Shown here one piece after another: positions 1 to 11,900 of a stretch of DNA of 64,000 bases. Positions within the stretch are counted from its first letter, which is position 1; each line of letters opens with the position of its first letter. The stretch spans positions 532,417 through 596,416 of the forward strand of contig CAWING010000012.1 in NCBI GenBank assembly GCA_963837415.1. The letters are read 5' to 3'. Under the pieces are notes generated by a model that had not been told where the DNA came from, did not search any database, and saw nothing but the letters and a program-made list of their open reading frames with translations. The translations under genes and the position numbers were made by a program. Source of the stretch: an uncultured Bacteroidota bacterium (lineage in GTDB: Bacteria > Bacteroidota > Bacteroidia > Cytophagales > Cyclobacteriaceae).

Positions 1-82
1 ATTGTAAAGTAACTAACCAATTGTTAACCTTGAGCGATCGGAAAAAATTCAATGGAACATAGGATTAATGATAAGGTCCCAG

Positions 83-118
83 AAAAGCAAATGCCGAACG
101 GGGTTAACGTCCGGCATT
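83..118 (-). terminator. Intrinsic terminator downstream of ftsZ / dcw operon
   Basis: Minus strand AATGCCGGACG-TTAACCC-CGTTCGGCATT (11-bp stem with one G.U) followed by TGCTTTT. Confidence 0.6.
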
Positions 119-310
119 CTACTACCTGCGCTATTTGCTTAGCTTATTGCAAACAAAAAATGAGCGCAACATCAGTTTAAAAATTGGCATTCCAGCGCCG
201 GCAAAAAATATTTACCACCAACAACCACTACGAATGGAGTAAACACCAGTCACGCTATAATGCCATGCCTTTACAAATTATGGGACCCCGATATTAGCCT
301 CATAATTTTC

Positions 311-1855
311 TTAGTCCACGTTATCGTGCAAAAATTTATTGTTGCCCAATATATTGTTATCGTCATTTAAATTGTATTTGGAAATAAAGGGTTGAGAAGA
401 ATGTGGAACATCTTGCATTGATACACCTCTTCTGAGATAGGCAGGAAGCGCCCATTTTTCATTAAATTCTTCTTTCGTCATTTCTTGCTTCCTGGTTTGT
501 TTTATTTTCTCTTGCCTTTCCTTGGCTTGTTGCTGCAAACGTTGTTTGGTAGAACGTAACTCCATCATGCCTTCATCACTCACAACCTGATCACTATACT
601 GCTCCGTTACACCATCGAAATCATCATCGTTAAGGAGGCTATCTTCGCCTTCGTCTTCATCCTTTGCAGGTTCTTCTACTTTGTTAAATGGACCTGTGAA
701 TACTAGCTCACGCTCAAGCGGTTTTTCTTCTGTAACTTCTGGTTTGACGTCAGTCTTTTTTCTGACCTCAAGGTCATTGTTTTCATTGACAGAATTATCC
801 GGACTAAATAACCATCCTTGAGAACGGTCGAGGTCATGCACTTTCTTCTCTTGTTCTTTAAAACGCATTTTCGACTCACTTTGAAACCCGGTAGCAATAA
901 CAGTAACACGAATCCGGTCGCCGAGATCGGGGTCTACGCCATGTCCAAAAATCATCTCAGCATCTTCGCCCGCCTGATCCTGGATATATTGGGTGATTTC
1001 TGAAAGTTCATCCATTTGCAACTCTGCTTCTTCTCCCGATATGATTGACAGCAGAATTCGCTTCGCTCCCATAATATCGCGGTTGTCAAGAAGCGGCGAT
1101 GCAAGGGCACCTTCAGCGGCTTTTTTAGCGCGATTTTCACTGCGCGTTTCTGCTGACCCCATTACGGCGGCACCCGCATTATGCATTACAGTTCGGACAT
1201 CCTGAAAATCCACATTCACATAACCTGCCAACGTAATAATTTCAGCAATGCCTTTTGCCGCAGTTGTTAATATGTTATCAGCCTGAGCAAAAGCCTGACC
1301 AATAGAAAGATTTCCAAAAATTTCCCTCAGCTTATCATTTAGAATGACAATGACGGTATCACAATTCTGGCGAAGGGCCTCTAGACCCAGATCGGCCTGG
1401 CCCATCTTTTTCCTTCCTTCAAAAGAAAATGGCGCTGTGACAATTCCCACTGTAAGGATGTCCATATCTTTAGCAATTTTCGCGATTACAGGGGCAGCAC
1501 CGGTTCCAGTTCCGCCGCCCATACCAGCCGTTACAAAAAGCATTTTTGTACCGATAAGTAATTCACGAATTTGCTCCTTGCTTTCAAGCGCTGCATTTTT
1601 ACCAACTTCAGGGTTAGCACCACAGCCAAGTCCCTCTGTAAGGTTTGCACCGATTTGAAGCTTATGAGGCACCGGACTATTGCTGAGTGCCTGGTTATCC
1701 GTGTTACATACAATAAACTCAACATCTTTAATGCCTTGTTTATACATATGGTTCACGGCGTTGCTTCCTCCCCCTCCTACTCCAATCACTTTGATGATGG
1801 ACTGCAGGTTGTTAATTTTGGGGATCTCAAATTTGTAGGATCCTGTTTCAAACAT
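311..1855 (-). CDS. ftsZ: Cell division protein FtsZ
   Basis: IKVIGVGGGGSNAV, GMGGGTGTG tubulin signature; Bacteroidota-type C-terminus FLHDNVD. Confidence 0.99.
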   Translation of the reverse strand: MFETGSYKFEIPKINNLQSIIKVIGVGGGGSNAVNHMYKQGIKDVEFIVCNTDNQALSNSPVPHKLQIGANLTEGLGCGANPEVGKNAALESKEQIRELLIGTKMLFVTAGMGGGTGTGAAPVIAKIAKDMDILTVGIVTAPFSFEGRKKMGQADLGLEALRQNCDTVIVILNDKLREIFGNLSIGQAFAQADNILTTAAKGIAEIITLAGYVNVDFQDVRTVMHNAGAAVMGSAETRSENRAKKAAEGALASPLLDNRDIMGAKRILLSIISGEEAELQMDELSEITQYIQDQAGEDAEMIFGHGVDPDLGDRIRVTVIATGFQSESKMRFKEQEKKVHDLDRSQGWLFSPDNSVNENNDLEVRKKTDVKPEVTEEKPLERELVFTGPFNKVEEPAKDEDEGEDSLLNDDDFDGVTEQYSDQVVSDEGMMELRSTKQRLQQQAKERQEKIKQTRKQEMTKEEFNEKWALPAYLRRGVSMQDVPHSSQPFISKYNLNDDNNILGNNKFLHDNVD

Positions 1856-1903
1856 GGTTATTTTTTTAAGTGGTTGTTAAAATTAGATTTTAAAGATTCC
1901 ATT

Positions 1904-3211
1904 TCAGTACTCGTTCTTTCCATCCAGATCATCGATCAACAAACTTTTGGTCTTATTCAAAATATCGTTGAAAAAATTCCTGGAGGCCCCGATATGCTTT
2001 TTCCCTTTTGTAGCTTTTACTACTTCGCGAGCTTCTTTATAACGATCTTCTCTTTCATCAAGAGAGCGAAAACCTGAAAGTACCAGGCCGACAGCGGTTG
2101 CATACATCGGACTTTTTACCGATTCAATTTTGCTTTTGCCAAGGTGTTCATTCGGGTAACCGATACGTGTATCCATACCGGTCATGTATTCAACTAATTG
2201 TTTGAGATTGCTCAACTGAGCACCTCCACCGGTAATCACGATGCCACCCGCCAGTCGATTCTCAAATCCTGAACTGATGATTTCGGCATGCGCCATTTCT
2301 ATAACTTCTTCCATTCTTGCTTGTATGATATTGGAAAGATTTTTTACAGATATCTCTTTTGCAGCCCGGTTCCGGATACCCGGAATTGAAACGATTTCGT
2401 TTGGACTTGCTTCTTCCGCGATAGCTTTTCCAAAACGTGTTTTTAATTGCTCCGCTTGCTGAGGGAGCACCATAAGCCCTTGCTTAATATCATTCGTGAC
2501 AATATTACCGCCGAACGGTATCACCGCTGTATGGCGAATGATGTTATCATAGAATATTGCAATGTCCGTCGTTCCTCCTCCGATATCGATGAGACAAACT
2601 CCAGCCTCTTTCTCTTCATCATTCAGCACGGCAAGGCTAGAGGCCAACGGCTCAAGAATTAGGTCTTGGATTTCCAGCCCACCTCTGCGTATACATTTGT
2701 TTATATTATTTATAGCATTTGTTTGTGCCGTTATGATATGAAAATCAGCTTCTAGCCTTACGCCAGACATTCCTACGGGTTCTTTTATACCATCTTCATA
2801 ATCAACCATGTAATCCTGAGGCATGACATGTATGATTTGACTGCCAGGGGGAACAACCATGCGGTACATGTCCTGAGTGAGACGTTCTACGTCGTCAATT
2901 GTAATTTCATCTTCTTTGGAAGAACGCGTTATACCCCCATGCTGGATAAAGCTTCGTATATGCTGGCCCGCAATTCCGACATTCACTACCGCGATATCAA
3001 TGCCTGCCTGATCGCTAGCTTCGCGTATAGCTTTCTCTATCGCATATACTGTTTTATCGATATTGAAAACTATTCCTTTCACAACACCCTCTGATTCAGC
3101 CTTACCCATTCCTAGCACTTCGAGTTTGCCAAATTCATTTTTACGGCCGACTATCACACATATTTTCGTTGTGCCGATGTCAAGTCCGACTACAATTTTT
3201 TCCTGTTCCAT
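1904..3211 (-). CDS. ftsA: Cell division protein FtsA
   Basis: VGLDIGTTKI, IDIGGGTTD actin-like motifs; directly upstream of ftsZ. Confidence 0.98.
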   Translation of the reverse strand: MEQEKIVVGLDIGTTKICVIVGRKNEFGKLEVLGMGKAESEGVVKGIVFNIDKTVYAIEKAIREASDQAGIDIAVVNVGIAGQHIRSFIQHGGITRSSKEDEITIDDVERLTQDMYRMVVPPGSQIIHVMPQDYMVDYEDGIKEPVGMSGVRLEADFHIITAQTNAINNINKCIRRGGLEIQDLILEPLASSLAVLNDEEKEAGVCLIDIGGGTTDIAIFYDNIIRHTAVIPFGGNIVTNDIKQGLMVLPQQAEQLKTRFGKAIAEEASPNEIVSIPGIRNRAAKEISVKNLSNIIQARMEEVIEMAHAEIISSGFENRLAGGIVITGGGAQLSNLKQLVEYMTGMDTRIGYPNEHLGKSKIESVKSPMYATAVGLVLSGFRSLDEREDRYKEAREVVKATKGKKHIGASRNFFNDILNKTKSLLIDDLDGKNEY

Positions 3212-3248
3212 GGTTGTAAAGAGTTATAGTGGTTGTTTTTTTATTTTT

Positions 3249-4013
3249 TTATTCGGTTACGATTTGTCCTGCATATTCCAAATTCACCCGTTTATATCTA
3301 TTCCATCCTTTGCGTGGAAGAATTTCTTTATAGAAAATCATCAATTTTTTAAATTTGGTCTCTACGTCATCCGGCTTTCCAAATTCAATTCGTTCGTCGC
3401 CTACCTGAGGAAAAATTGTCACACGAGCTTTATTGTCGATGTCTAATTGAGCTATTTGTGCATTCCAAAAGCCATTTTCGCGGATGGTCTTTATAAGATC
3501 CAATATTTTCCGTGTCTCTTCCTTTTCATTCATATTATCTCGTTGGATCAACTGCGAAACATATTGCCCGCTAACAAGAATGACACGGGATGTAAATTTT
3601 TCAGAAACCGGCATCACTGTTCCATCCTCTGCGATATATCCGTCAGGCCCATCGTTTCGAACGATACGTGCGATTGGCCTTCGTAACTCCGCCCTCACAA
3701 CCAGATTGCCTTTCAAGTCGCTGTACAAGTCTGCATTTTTAACAAAAGGTTCTCGTTTAATTTTTTTCTCAATTCCCTTCAGATTAATACGATCGATACT
3801 TGTTCCCGTTAAATTCTCTTTGTTAAGCTGCATCAGACCAATAATATCTGCCTCGTCCAAAAAATGATTTTCCTGTCTGTTATCTATTTTAATCGTGATA
3901 TCCTTTATCGATACGTTATTTTGCTTTCGTTCTGAAAACGCGATGATTCCTACGATAATAAGCACCGCAGCGACAATCTTTAGCTCTCGCTTCAGGTTAA
4001 ACTTAAATTTCAT
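3249..4013 (-). CDS. ftsQ: Cell division protein FtsQ/DivIB
   Basis: Single N-terminal TM, POTRA-like region, C-terminal YKRVNLEYAGQIV; position between murC and ftsA. Confidence 0.9.
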   Translation of the reverse strand: MKFKFNLKRELKIVAAVLIIVGIIAFSERKQNNVSIKDITIKIDNRQENHFLDEADIIGLMQLNKENLTGTSIDRINLKGIEKKIKREPFVKNADLYSDLKGNLVVRAELRRPIARIVRNDGPDGYIAEDGTVMPVSEKFTSRVILVSGQYVSQLIQRDNMNEKEETRKILDLIKTIRENGFWNAQIAQLDIDNKARVTIFPQVGDERIEFGKPDDVETKFKKLMIFYKEILPRKGWNRYKRVNLEYAGQIVTE

Positions 4014-5398
4014 ATTTACTTATTAGCATTTTTTTTATAGGGTCCACAAAAGTATCAATATCGCCTGCCCCTACCGTTACAAGCACGTCTACGTCCACTG
4101 AGGTCCAGTTTTTCCATCAAATCATTTTTTCCACACCGTATCTTTACAGGGCTTGTTATATCCTTAAATATCAAATCAGAATCCACTCCAGGTATCGGAA
4201 GCTCACGTGCCGGATAAATATCCATGAGAAATAATTCATCAGCGAGGCTTAAGCTTTTTGAAAACCCATCCGCAAAATCGCGGGTGCGAGTAAATAAATG
4301 GGGCTGGAAAATGACAGTAAGCTTACGTCCTGGATACAACGATTTCATGGACTTTAAAAATGATTCGATCTCCGTGGGATGGTGCGCGTAGTCATCTACA
4401 TACACAATTCTCTTTGTTTTTATGATATATTCGAACCTCCTTTTCACTCCTGTAAAAGATTCAAGGGCCTTTTTTATTACCTGAGTAGATACACCACAAA
4501 GACTTGCCGCGATCGAAGCTGCAACTGCATTCTCGATATTGTGAAATCCGGGAACTCCAAGCTTAACATGTTCAACTTTATTAAAGCCTTGAAGGTTGAA
4601 CTCAAAAAATCCACCTTTAGCAATAATGTTGCCGGCAAAAAATTGTCCCCGGCTCATGCTGTAAGTATTTTTATTTACATGGCCTATATTACTTGATAGT
4701 AATTCTGCAATAGACTCGTGAATAATAAGAGATCCACCGCTATTGATTTGCTTAATAAAATCTTTGAATGATTCGATAAGACTGTCATGATCACCATAAA
4801 TATCAAGGTGATCAGCATCAGCGGAGGTAACTATCGCTATTTGCGGAAATAAGCGCAGGAAGGAACGATCGAATTCGTCCGCTTCTACAACAACGATGGT
4901 GCTGTCATTTACTTCTCCATGCATTACCAAATTGGAATTATAATTTGTTGTAATACCTCCTAAAAATCCTACCATATCCTTCCCGGCAACTTTTAGAATA
5001 TGGGCGATCATGGAGGACGTTGTAGTCTTTCCATGTGTACCTGCAACAGCAACCGTTTTATAATCGCGTGGTTATCAAGCCCAAGAACTTCGGACCGTTT
5101 AAGAATTGTATATCCATTATCCTTCAGGTAATTATACTCTGAATGATTTGAGGTATAGCGGGAGTAAAAATTACTAAAGTCTCTGCTTTTTGTTCCTTGA
5201 CCTCTCTTGGAATTTGGTCCACGCTGTCTTCAAAATGAATACGCATTCCTTCTTTGCTCAATTCATCTGTCAACGTAGTGGATGTACGGTCATAACCCGA
5301 CACGCTCAATCCTTTCTTCAAGAACCAACGCCCAATGCGCTCATACCGATACCTCCGATACCTAAAAAATAAATATTATGGTAATCTTCTAATTTCAC
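4003..5398 (-). CDS. murC: UDP-N-acetylmuramate--L-alanine ligase, split by several 1-nt frameshifts (probable sequencing errors)
   Basis: GTG start 5398 then YFLGIGGIGMSA; AVAGTHGKTTTS; VEADEFDRSF; DDYAHHPTE; fragments 5124-5321 and 4055-5011; corrected end VGAGDIDTFV...KYEI* at 4003. Confidence 0.9.
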
Positions 5399-5413
5399 TG
5401 GTTCCTGTTATCT

Positions 5414-6628
5414 CTATCTTTTTATTAACACCGCTTGAAAAGTTCCAGCATCCTGCTGATTCTGTTGTTTATAAAGATCAGATTGTTTGCCTGCAGGTAA
5501 ATTGCTTATTTCAGATTTTCCCGGAAGCAGTTTTTCAATTTCATTTACGATTTCAATTGTTGCATCTGGCTTAGCCAGTCTTGCTATGTTTTCTTTAAGT
5601 TTTGCTGAACGATGTTTATCAAAAATCAATTTGAGTGCTACATCTATTAAAGTTGAATTTGCTTCTTTATCTGTTACCATCAGGGCCGCATCTTTGTCGG
5701 TAAGCGCTTTTGCATTTTTTGTTTGATGATCCTCTGCTACGTTTGGGGATGGCACTAATACAGCTGGTTTCTTAGCAATGCAAATTTCAGAAACAGTCAA
5801 TGCCCCGGAACGTGAAATGATTATATCAGCGGCCGCATAGGCCAGATCCATTTCGCGCATAAAATCCTGAACACGGATTTTTCGCAAGTCATATTTTGCC
5901 AATCGCATTTTATAGGCTTCGTAATATCCTTTACCCGTTTGCCAAAGGACCTGTACCTGGGCCTCGATTAACTTATCAATTCCATTGATAACGCTTTCGT
6001 TAATGGTACGTGCGCCCTGACTGCCTCCAATTATAAGTATTGTTTTGTATTGCGGACTAAATGCAAAGTGAGCTAAAGCTTTGTCGCGTTTTAAGTCGAT
6101 GCTCAAAATATCTTTGCGTACAGGATTACCGGTCACCACAATTTTATCAGCGGGAAAATATTTCTCCATTCCTTCATAAGCAACGCATACCTTACTGGCC
6201 TTTTCAGCGACTTGTTTATTGGCTAAACCAGCAAAAGAATTTTGCTCCTGAATAACCGTAGGAATTCTATAGTGCGTTGCCGCTATCATAATCGGGCCAC
6301 TGGCATAACCACCGGTCCCGATGACTGCATGCGGCTTGAATTTTTTAATAAGCCGTCGGGCACGGAAGTAGCTCACAATAAGTTTTAAGGGAAATAATAG
6401 ATTTGATAACGTAAACCTTCGTTGCAAACCGCTGATCCATAATCCAATAATTTTATAACCAGCTTCCGGCACCCGTGTCATTTCCATCCTTCCCTCGGCG
6501 CCAACAAATAAAATCTCTGAATCGGGATACCGTCCACGGAATTCATTCGCAATAGCAATAGCAGGGAAAATGTGACCCCCTGTGCCTCCACCGCTAATGA
6601 TCAAACGATATGGTTGTGCCGTACTCAT
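5414..6628 (-). CDS. murG: Undecaprenyldiphospho-muramoylpentapeptide beta-N-acetylglucosaminyltransferase, with about 36-aa C-terminal extension
   Basis: SGGGTGGHIFPA, GTGGYASGP, GGSQGA, SRSGA, EDHQTKNA motifs. Confidence 0.97.
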   Translation of the reverse strand: MSTAQPYRLIISGGGTGGHIFPAIAIANEFRGRYPDSEILFVGAEGRMEMTRVPEAGYKIIGLWISGLQRRFTLSNLLFPLKLIVSYFRARRLIKKFKPHAVIGTGGYASGPIMIAATHYRIPTVIQEQNSFAGLANKQVAEKASKVCVAYEGMEKYFPADKIVVTGNPVRKDILSIDLKRDKALAHFAFSPQYKTILIIGGSQGARTINESVINGIDKLIEAQVQVLWQTGKGYYEAYKMRLAKYDLRKIRVQDFMREMDLAYAAADIIISRSGALTVSEICIAKKPAVLVPSPNVAEDHQTKNAKALTDKDAALMVTDKEANSTLIDVALKLIFDKHRSAKLKENIARLAKPDATIEIVNEIEKLLPGKSEISNLPAGKQSDLYKQQNQQDAGTFQAVLIKR

Positions 6629-6632
6629 TTTC

Positions 6633-7811
6633 TTATACAGCTTTTGCCGTAGCTAGGCTTCTATTTTCTCTTCCACCATCTTTTGTTTTCGATTCCCAAT
6701 CCTCACCTCGGTCACCCCGACTGACGCTGAGGATTATGCCAATAGCCAAGCCGGTAAACACCATGGATGTACCTCCCATAGATACTAAGGGTAAAGGCTG
6801 CCCCGTGATCGGGCCCAATCCAACTACTACACCCATATTTACCAAGCGCCTGACACACCAAGTCGAAACTCAATCCGGCGGAAAGCAATCCCCCAAATGC
6901 CCTGTCACTATTGTATGATGCTTTCATACCACGATGAAGAAGTATCAGGTATAGCATCAGTACGATGACACCTCCAATAATCCCATACTCCTCAATGACA
7001 ATAGCATAAATAAAATCGGAATAGGGATGAGGAAGAATATTCCGTTGGTCGCTATTACCAGGACCCTTACCAAAAATTCCGGCCGTAGCTACTGCGATTC
7101 TTCCATGTTTCGCCTGAAAGGGAAGCTCCTTTCCTTCAACAAATGCAGTAACGCGGCTTTTAACTGTTTCCCAGCGATCTCCAAATCGTAAAGCAACTGC
7201 TCCAGCCAACAGGCCAACAAAAATCAGCATGCCTAAGATATCTTACCGGAACACGGCCAATAAACATTAACAGCATACACGTACAAAAAAGTAACACCGC
7301 CGTCGAGACATTTGTCAATCCAATCAACGCGCATATCGTGCCGCACCAAAATAGAATTGGAATCAGCGATTCTTTTACATCATCAATATTTTGTTGGCGT
7401 TTTGACATCATACTGGCGATGTTGACAATCAGGGCAAGGCTTGCAAAGTCAGACGGTTGAAAAGAGCCAATGATGGGTACTTGGATCCAGCGCGCGGCTT
7501 CATTGATCGTGACACCGTTCGTAAACGTGTATATCAACAGTGGAATACAAATCCACAATGCAAATTTCGAGAGCTTTGAATAATAGCGATAGTCCACTCT
7601 GTGAGCAAACCACATAGCTGCTATCCCGATAAAAACGGTCAGCGTATGTTTTATCAGAAAGCTTTCCGGGACTTTCCGTGCGCTTATATGCCAGCGTGCC
7701 TATGGAGCTATAGACTACCAGAATACTAATGAGAGATAGCGCAAACACAACCGCCCAGATCACTCGATCCCCTTGTAAATTTTTATCCGCCCACGTTTTA
7801 ACGTTTTTCAT
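6633..7811 (-). CDS. ftsW: FtsW/RodA/SpoVE cell cycle protein, split by frameshifts
   Basis: ATG 7811 [19 protein letters not shown]; RWIQVPIIGSFQPSDFA; LPHPYSDFIYA; TGQPLPLVSMGGTS, spread over four reading frames. Confidence 0.88.
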
Positions 7812-9170
7812 ACTGTCTGCGTCCTCCACTTCTTTTTTTAAATCCAGTACTGCTTTTCTAAATTGATCACCACGATCTTCATAATTTTTAAAAAGATCAA
7901 AACTTGCACAGGCAGGAGAGAGCAAGACTACATCCCCGGCTTGAGCTACCTTCAGCGCGATCTGCACGAGCTCTGTTACACTTTGTGTTTCAAAGATTTG
8001 TTTTACTATCTCTCCAAAAGCTTTTTTCAGCTTAGCATTATCTTTGCCTAAGCAGATCAATACTTTTACTTTCTTCTTTACTTCATCCTTGATAATATTA
8101 TAATCATTACCCTTGTCCACACCACCCGCAATCCAAATCAACGGCTTATCATAACTGCCCAACCCGTACACAACGGAGTCTACATTGGTAGCTTTTGAAT
8201 CATTGACAAACTCAACACCTTTAATTGTTGCCACGGATTCAAGGCGGTGTGGTGCATTTTTAAAAGTCTTTAATCCAGACTTAATTGAACCCAGGGAGGC
8301 GCCAGCGATAAACGCAGCGGATACTGCGGCCATCGTATTGATCAGATTGTGCGGACCTTTCAGCGTTGTTTCAGACTGAGCTATTCTGAAAGCTTCGTTT
8401 AAACGGAAATTCATTTTCTCTCCATCAAAATGAACAGGTGCTTTAGATGATGGAACCAGTGAAACAGGAATTTGATTGGGGATAAGGGTCCGCCTGTTTA
8501 CTTCACGTTCAATTATCGGATCATTAACATAATAAATAAAATGCTGCTCCGGACCCATATTCTGAATCAGCTGAAATTTTGAGTTGACATAATTGTCGAG
8601 AGAATACTCATATCGATCGAGATGATCTGGAGTGATATTCAACAAAACGCCAATTTCGGGTTTAAACGTTTTGATGCAATCGAGTTGAAAACTGCTCATC
8701 TCCAAAACATACCAATCGTGCTTTTCCTTCGCCACCTGGCGAGCCATACTAAATCCAACGTTACCCGCAAGAGCTACACGGAAGCCTGACTCCTTCATTA
8801 AATGATAAGTCAACAGCGTTGTGGTAGTCTTACCGTTAGTTCCAGTAATGGCTATGATTTTTCCATCTGTATGCAGCGAAGCAAATTCTATTTCATCGAT
8901 AATCGAAAGCCCCGCTGTTTTGATCTTCTTAATAATATCTGCTTTTAAAGGAATGCCAGGGCTTTTAATGATGAGCGAAGCCGATAAAATTTTATCTTCT
9001 GAATGCTGATTTTCTTCGAACGGAATATTTTGAAGTTGAAGTTCACTTTTATAGTTATCCTTTATTGGGCCCTGATCGGAAACAAAAACATCAAAACCCT
9101 TGGCTTTCGCCAGCAAGGCTGCGCCTGTTCCACTTTCACCTGCTCCTAATATGGCTACTCTTTCGCTCAT
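7808..9170 (-). CDS. murD: UDP-N-acetylmuramoyl-L-alanine--D-glutamate ligase
   Basis: [40 protein letters not shown]; probable true stop is the TGA of an ATGA overlap at 7808-7811, missed because of a 1-nt indel. Confidence 0.93.
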
Positions 9171-10396
9171 CTAAGTTTTAATGTTGCCAAGGATATTATT
9201 GCCAGTAAAATTCCAACGATCCAAAAACGTGTTACAATCTTTGCTTCGTGAATATTTTTTTTCTGATAATGATGATGCAGCGGGGCCATTAAAAGAATTC
9301 TTCGCCCAGCACCGTATTTTTTCTTGGTGTATTTAAAATAGGATACCTGAAGAATTACTGACAGATTTTCGACTAAAAAAATGCCACAAAGAATAGGTAT
9401 TATGAGTTCTTTTCGCACGGCCAAAGCCAATACCGAAATGACACCCCCGAGTGTTAAGCTTCCTGTATCACCCATAAAGACTTGAGCAGGATAAGCGTTG
9501 TACCATAAAAATCCCAGGCAAGCCCCCACAAATGCAGTACAGAAGATTACCAATTCGCCCAAATTGGGTATATACATAACGTTGAGGTAGCTACTAAAGT
9601 CGACCCGACCAGACAAGTACGCCAGAATGGCGATCGTAATTCCGATAATTCCAGACGTACCTGCAGCAAGGCCGTCTATACCATCCGTGATATTTGCACC
9701 ATTTGAAACGGCTGTGATAATTAAAATAACAACGATTACATATACGATCCACGTATACTCCGAGGGCACAAAAGGAACTAAACTACTGTAGTCAAACTCG
9801 TTGTTCTTAAGAAACGGCACGGTGGTCTTTGTTGACTTGACGTCTTTATATCCTTCACGGCTTTCCTCATCATTCTGGGGGTTCTCTATGATAGCCGAGC
9901 TTGGGGCTGACGGATCCACTTCACGTACTACCACGTCTGTATTAAAATAAAGTGTAAGTCCGACGATCAACCCCAGGCCAATCTGTCCAACAATTTTAAA
10001 GCGTCCAGCCAGGCCCTTCTTATTCTTTTTAAATACTTTGATATAATCATCTAGAAATCCAATGAGACCCAGCCAACATGTTGCTACAATGAGCAGGATC
10101 ACATATATGTTGTCGAGCTTGGCTAATAAAAGTGTGGGAATCAAAATAGCAGTGATGATTATTATTCCTCCCATGGTGGGTGTACCTTTCTTTTGAATCT
10201 GCCCATCAAGTCCCAGATCGCGGATGTCTTCCCCTACTTGTTTTTTTCTCAATATGTTTATAAGATTCTTACCAAATGTAATGGTGATGAGCAACGAGAG
10301 AAACGCTGCCATACCCGCTCTGAATGAAATGTATTGGAATACACCTGCACCTGGGATGTCTAACTTGTTGAGATAATCAAAAAGGTAATACAGCAT
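9167..10396 (-). CDS. mraY: Phospho-N-acetylmuramoyl-pentapeptide transferase
   Basis: [38 protein letters not shown]. Confidence 0.98.
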   Translation of the reverse strand: MLYYLFDYLNKLDIPGAGVFQYISFRAGMAAFLSLLITITFGKNLINILRKKQVGEDIRDLGLDGQIQKKGTPTMGGIIIITAILIPTLLLAKLDNIYVILLIVATCWLGLIGFLDDYIKVFKKNKKGLAGRFKIVGQIGLGLIVGLTLYFNTDVVVREVDPSAPSSAIIENPQNDEESREGYKDVKSTKTTVPFLKNNEFDYSSLVPFVPSEYTWIVYVIVVILIITAVSNGANITDGIDGLAAGTSGIIGITIAILAYLSGRVDFSSYLNVMYIPNLGELVIFCTAFVGACLGFLWYNAYPAQVFMGDTGSLTLGGVISVLALAVRKELIIPILCGIFLVENLSVILQVSYFKYTKKKYGAGRRILLMAPLHHHYQKKNIHEAKIVTRFWIVGILLAIISLATLKLR

Positions 10397-10399
10397 CGT

Positions 10400-11864
10400 T
10401 TAGTTGCTCATCAGGTTTAACATTCTTTCCACTACTTCCCTATCGTCAAAAGGATATTTCACTCCCTTTATTTCCTGATAGGTCTCATGGCCTTTACCTG
10501 CAATGAGAATGATATCTTTTTCTTTGGCCATCATGCATGCAGTTTTGATTGCTTCTTCACGGTCAGCCATGACCAACGTTTTACGCACTTCGGTTGGCAT
10601 AATCCCAGCTTGCATTTCTTTAATGATCTCCATCGGATTTTCATCGCGCGGATTGTCTGAAGTCAGTACAACCTTATCACTCAGACGGCAGGCAATGGAA
10701 GCCATAAGAGGTCGTTTCGTTCTGTCCCGGTTTCCACCACAACCGACCACAGTAATTACCTGTTCATTTCCTGACCGAAACGTGCGAAATGGTTTCCAAT
10801 ACATTTTTCAATGCGTCAGGCGTGTGGGCATAGTCTACAATGGCAATAATCTTTGATCCGGGGAGCACCAATTCAAATCTTCCAACCGCTCCTTTTAACG
10901 CCGATAGCTGAACCAGAACTTCTTCCGAATCTTCTCCTAGTAAAACCGAGGCGCCGTATACAGCCAAGAGGTTGTACGCATTAAAATCACCGATTAACTT
11001 AAACCAAACATTTTTGCCTACAATTTCAAGTTCGAGACCTTCGATAGAATTTGTAATGATCTTCGCCTTAAAATCAACGATCTTCTTAAGTCCAAAAGAA
11101 TACTTTGTAGCTTTGGTATTCTGCATCATTACCATACCTCTTTTGTCATCTGCATTAACGAGGGCAAATGCGTCGTTACCTAGTTCATCAAAAAATTTTT
11201 TCTTGGCTTTAATGTAGTTCTCAAATGTTTTATGATAATCCAGGTGATCGTGTGTTATATTAGTGAAAATGCCACCAGCGAATTTTAATCCCGCAATCCG
11301 GTCTTGGTCGATAGCGTGAGAGCTTACTTCCATGAACACGTGAGTACAACCACTTTCTACCATCCGATTTAGTAATTCATTTAGCTGAACAGGATCCGGT
11401 GTTGTATGCGTAGAGGGTATGGTCTTATCAACAATTCGATTTTCGACAGTAGATATCAACCCAGGCCGATGACCTAAGACTCCGAAAAGCTTGTACAGCA
11501 AGGTGGCTACTGTTGTTTTACCATTTGTACCGGTCACTCCGGTTAGCTTGAGCTTTTCAGAAGGATTTGCAAAAAAGTTAGAGGCAATAATACCCAATGC
11601 CTGATTACTGTTTTTTACAGTAACGAAATTTATGTTGTCTGGAACTATGCCGGGTAACTTTTCACACACAACGGCAGCGGCACCTGCTTCAATCGCTTTT
11701 AAAATGTACTCGTGACCGTCTGATTGCGTTCCTTTGACAGCAACAAATAAAAAGCCGGGCTTTACGCTGCGTGAATCAAAACAAATGCCCTTGATCTCCA
11801 AACTCATGTCACCATAGCTTGACGTAAGGGATACTTTGTATAATATGTCTTTTAATTCGGGCAA
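10400..11864 (-). CDS. murE: UDP-N-acetylmuramoyl-L-alanyl-D-glutamate--2,6-diaminopimelate ligase, one frameshift near 10770-10800
   Basis: [53 protein letters not shown]. Confidence 0.93.
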
Positions 11865-11900
11865 ATTGGTTTACTCTTTATGCGGTCGCTGGTTTGTTGA

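Noticed and set aside
7500-9170. Apparent MurD-FtsW fusion (556-aa ORF)
   Set aside because: An ATGA stop/start overlap sits at 7808-7811, one base out of frame; a single indel explains the read-through in a region full of indels.
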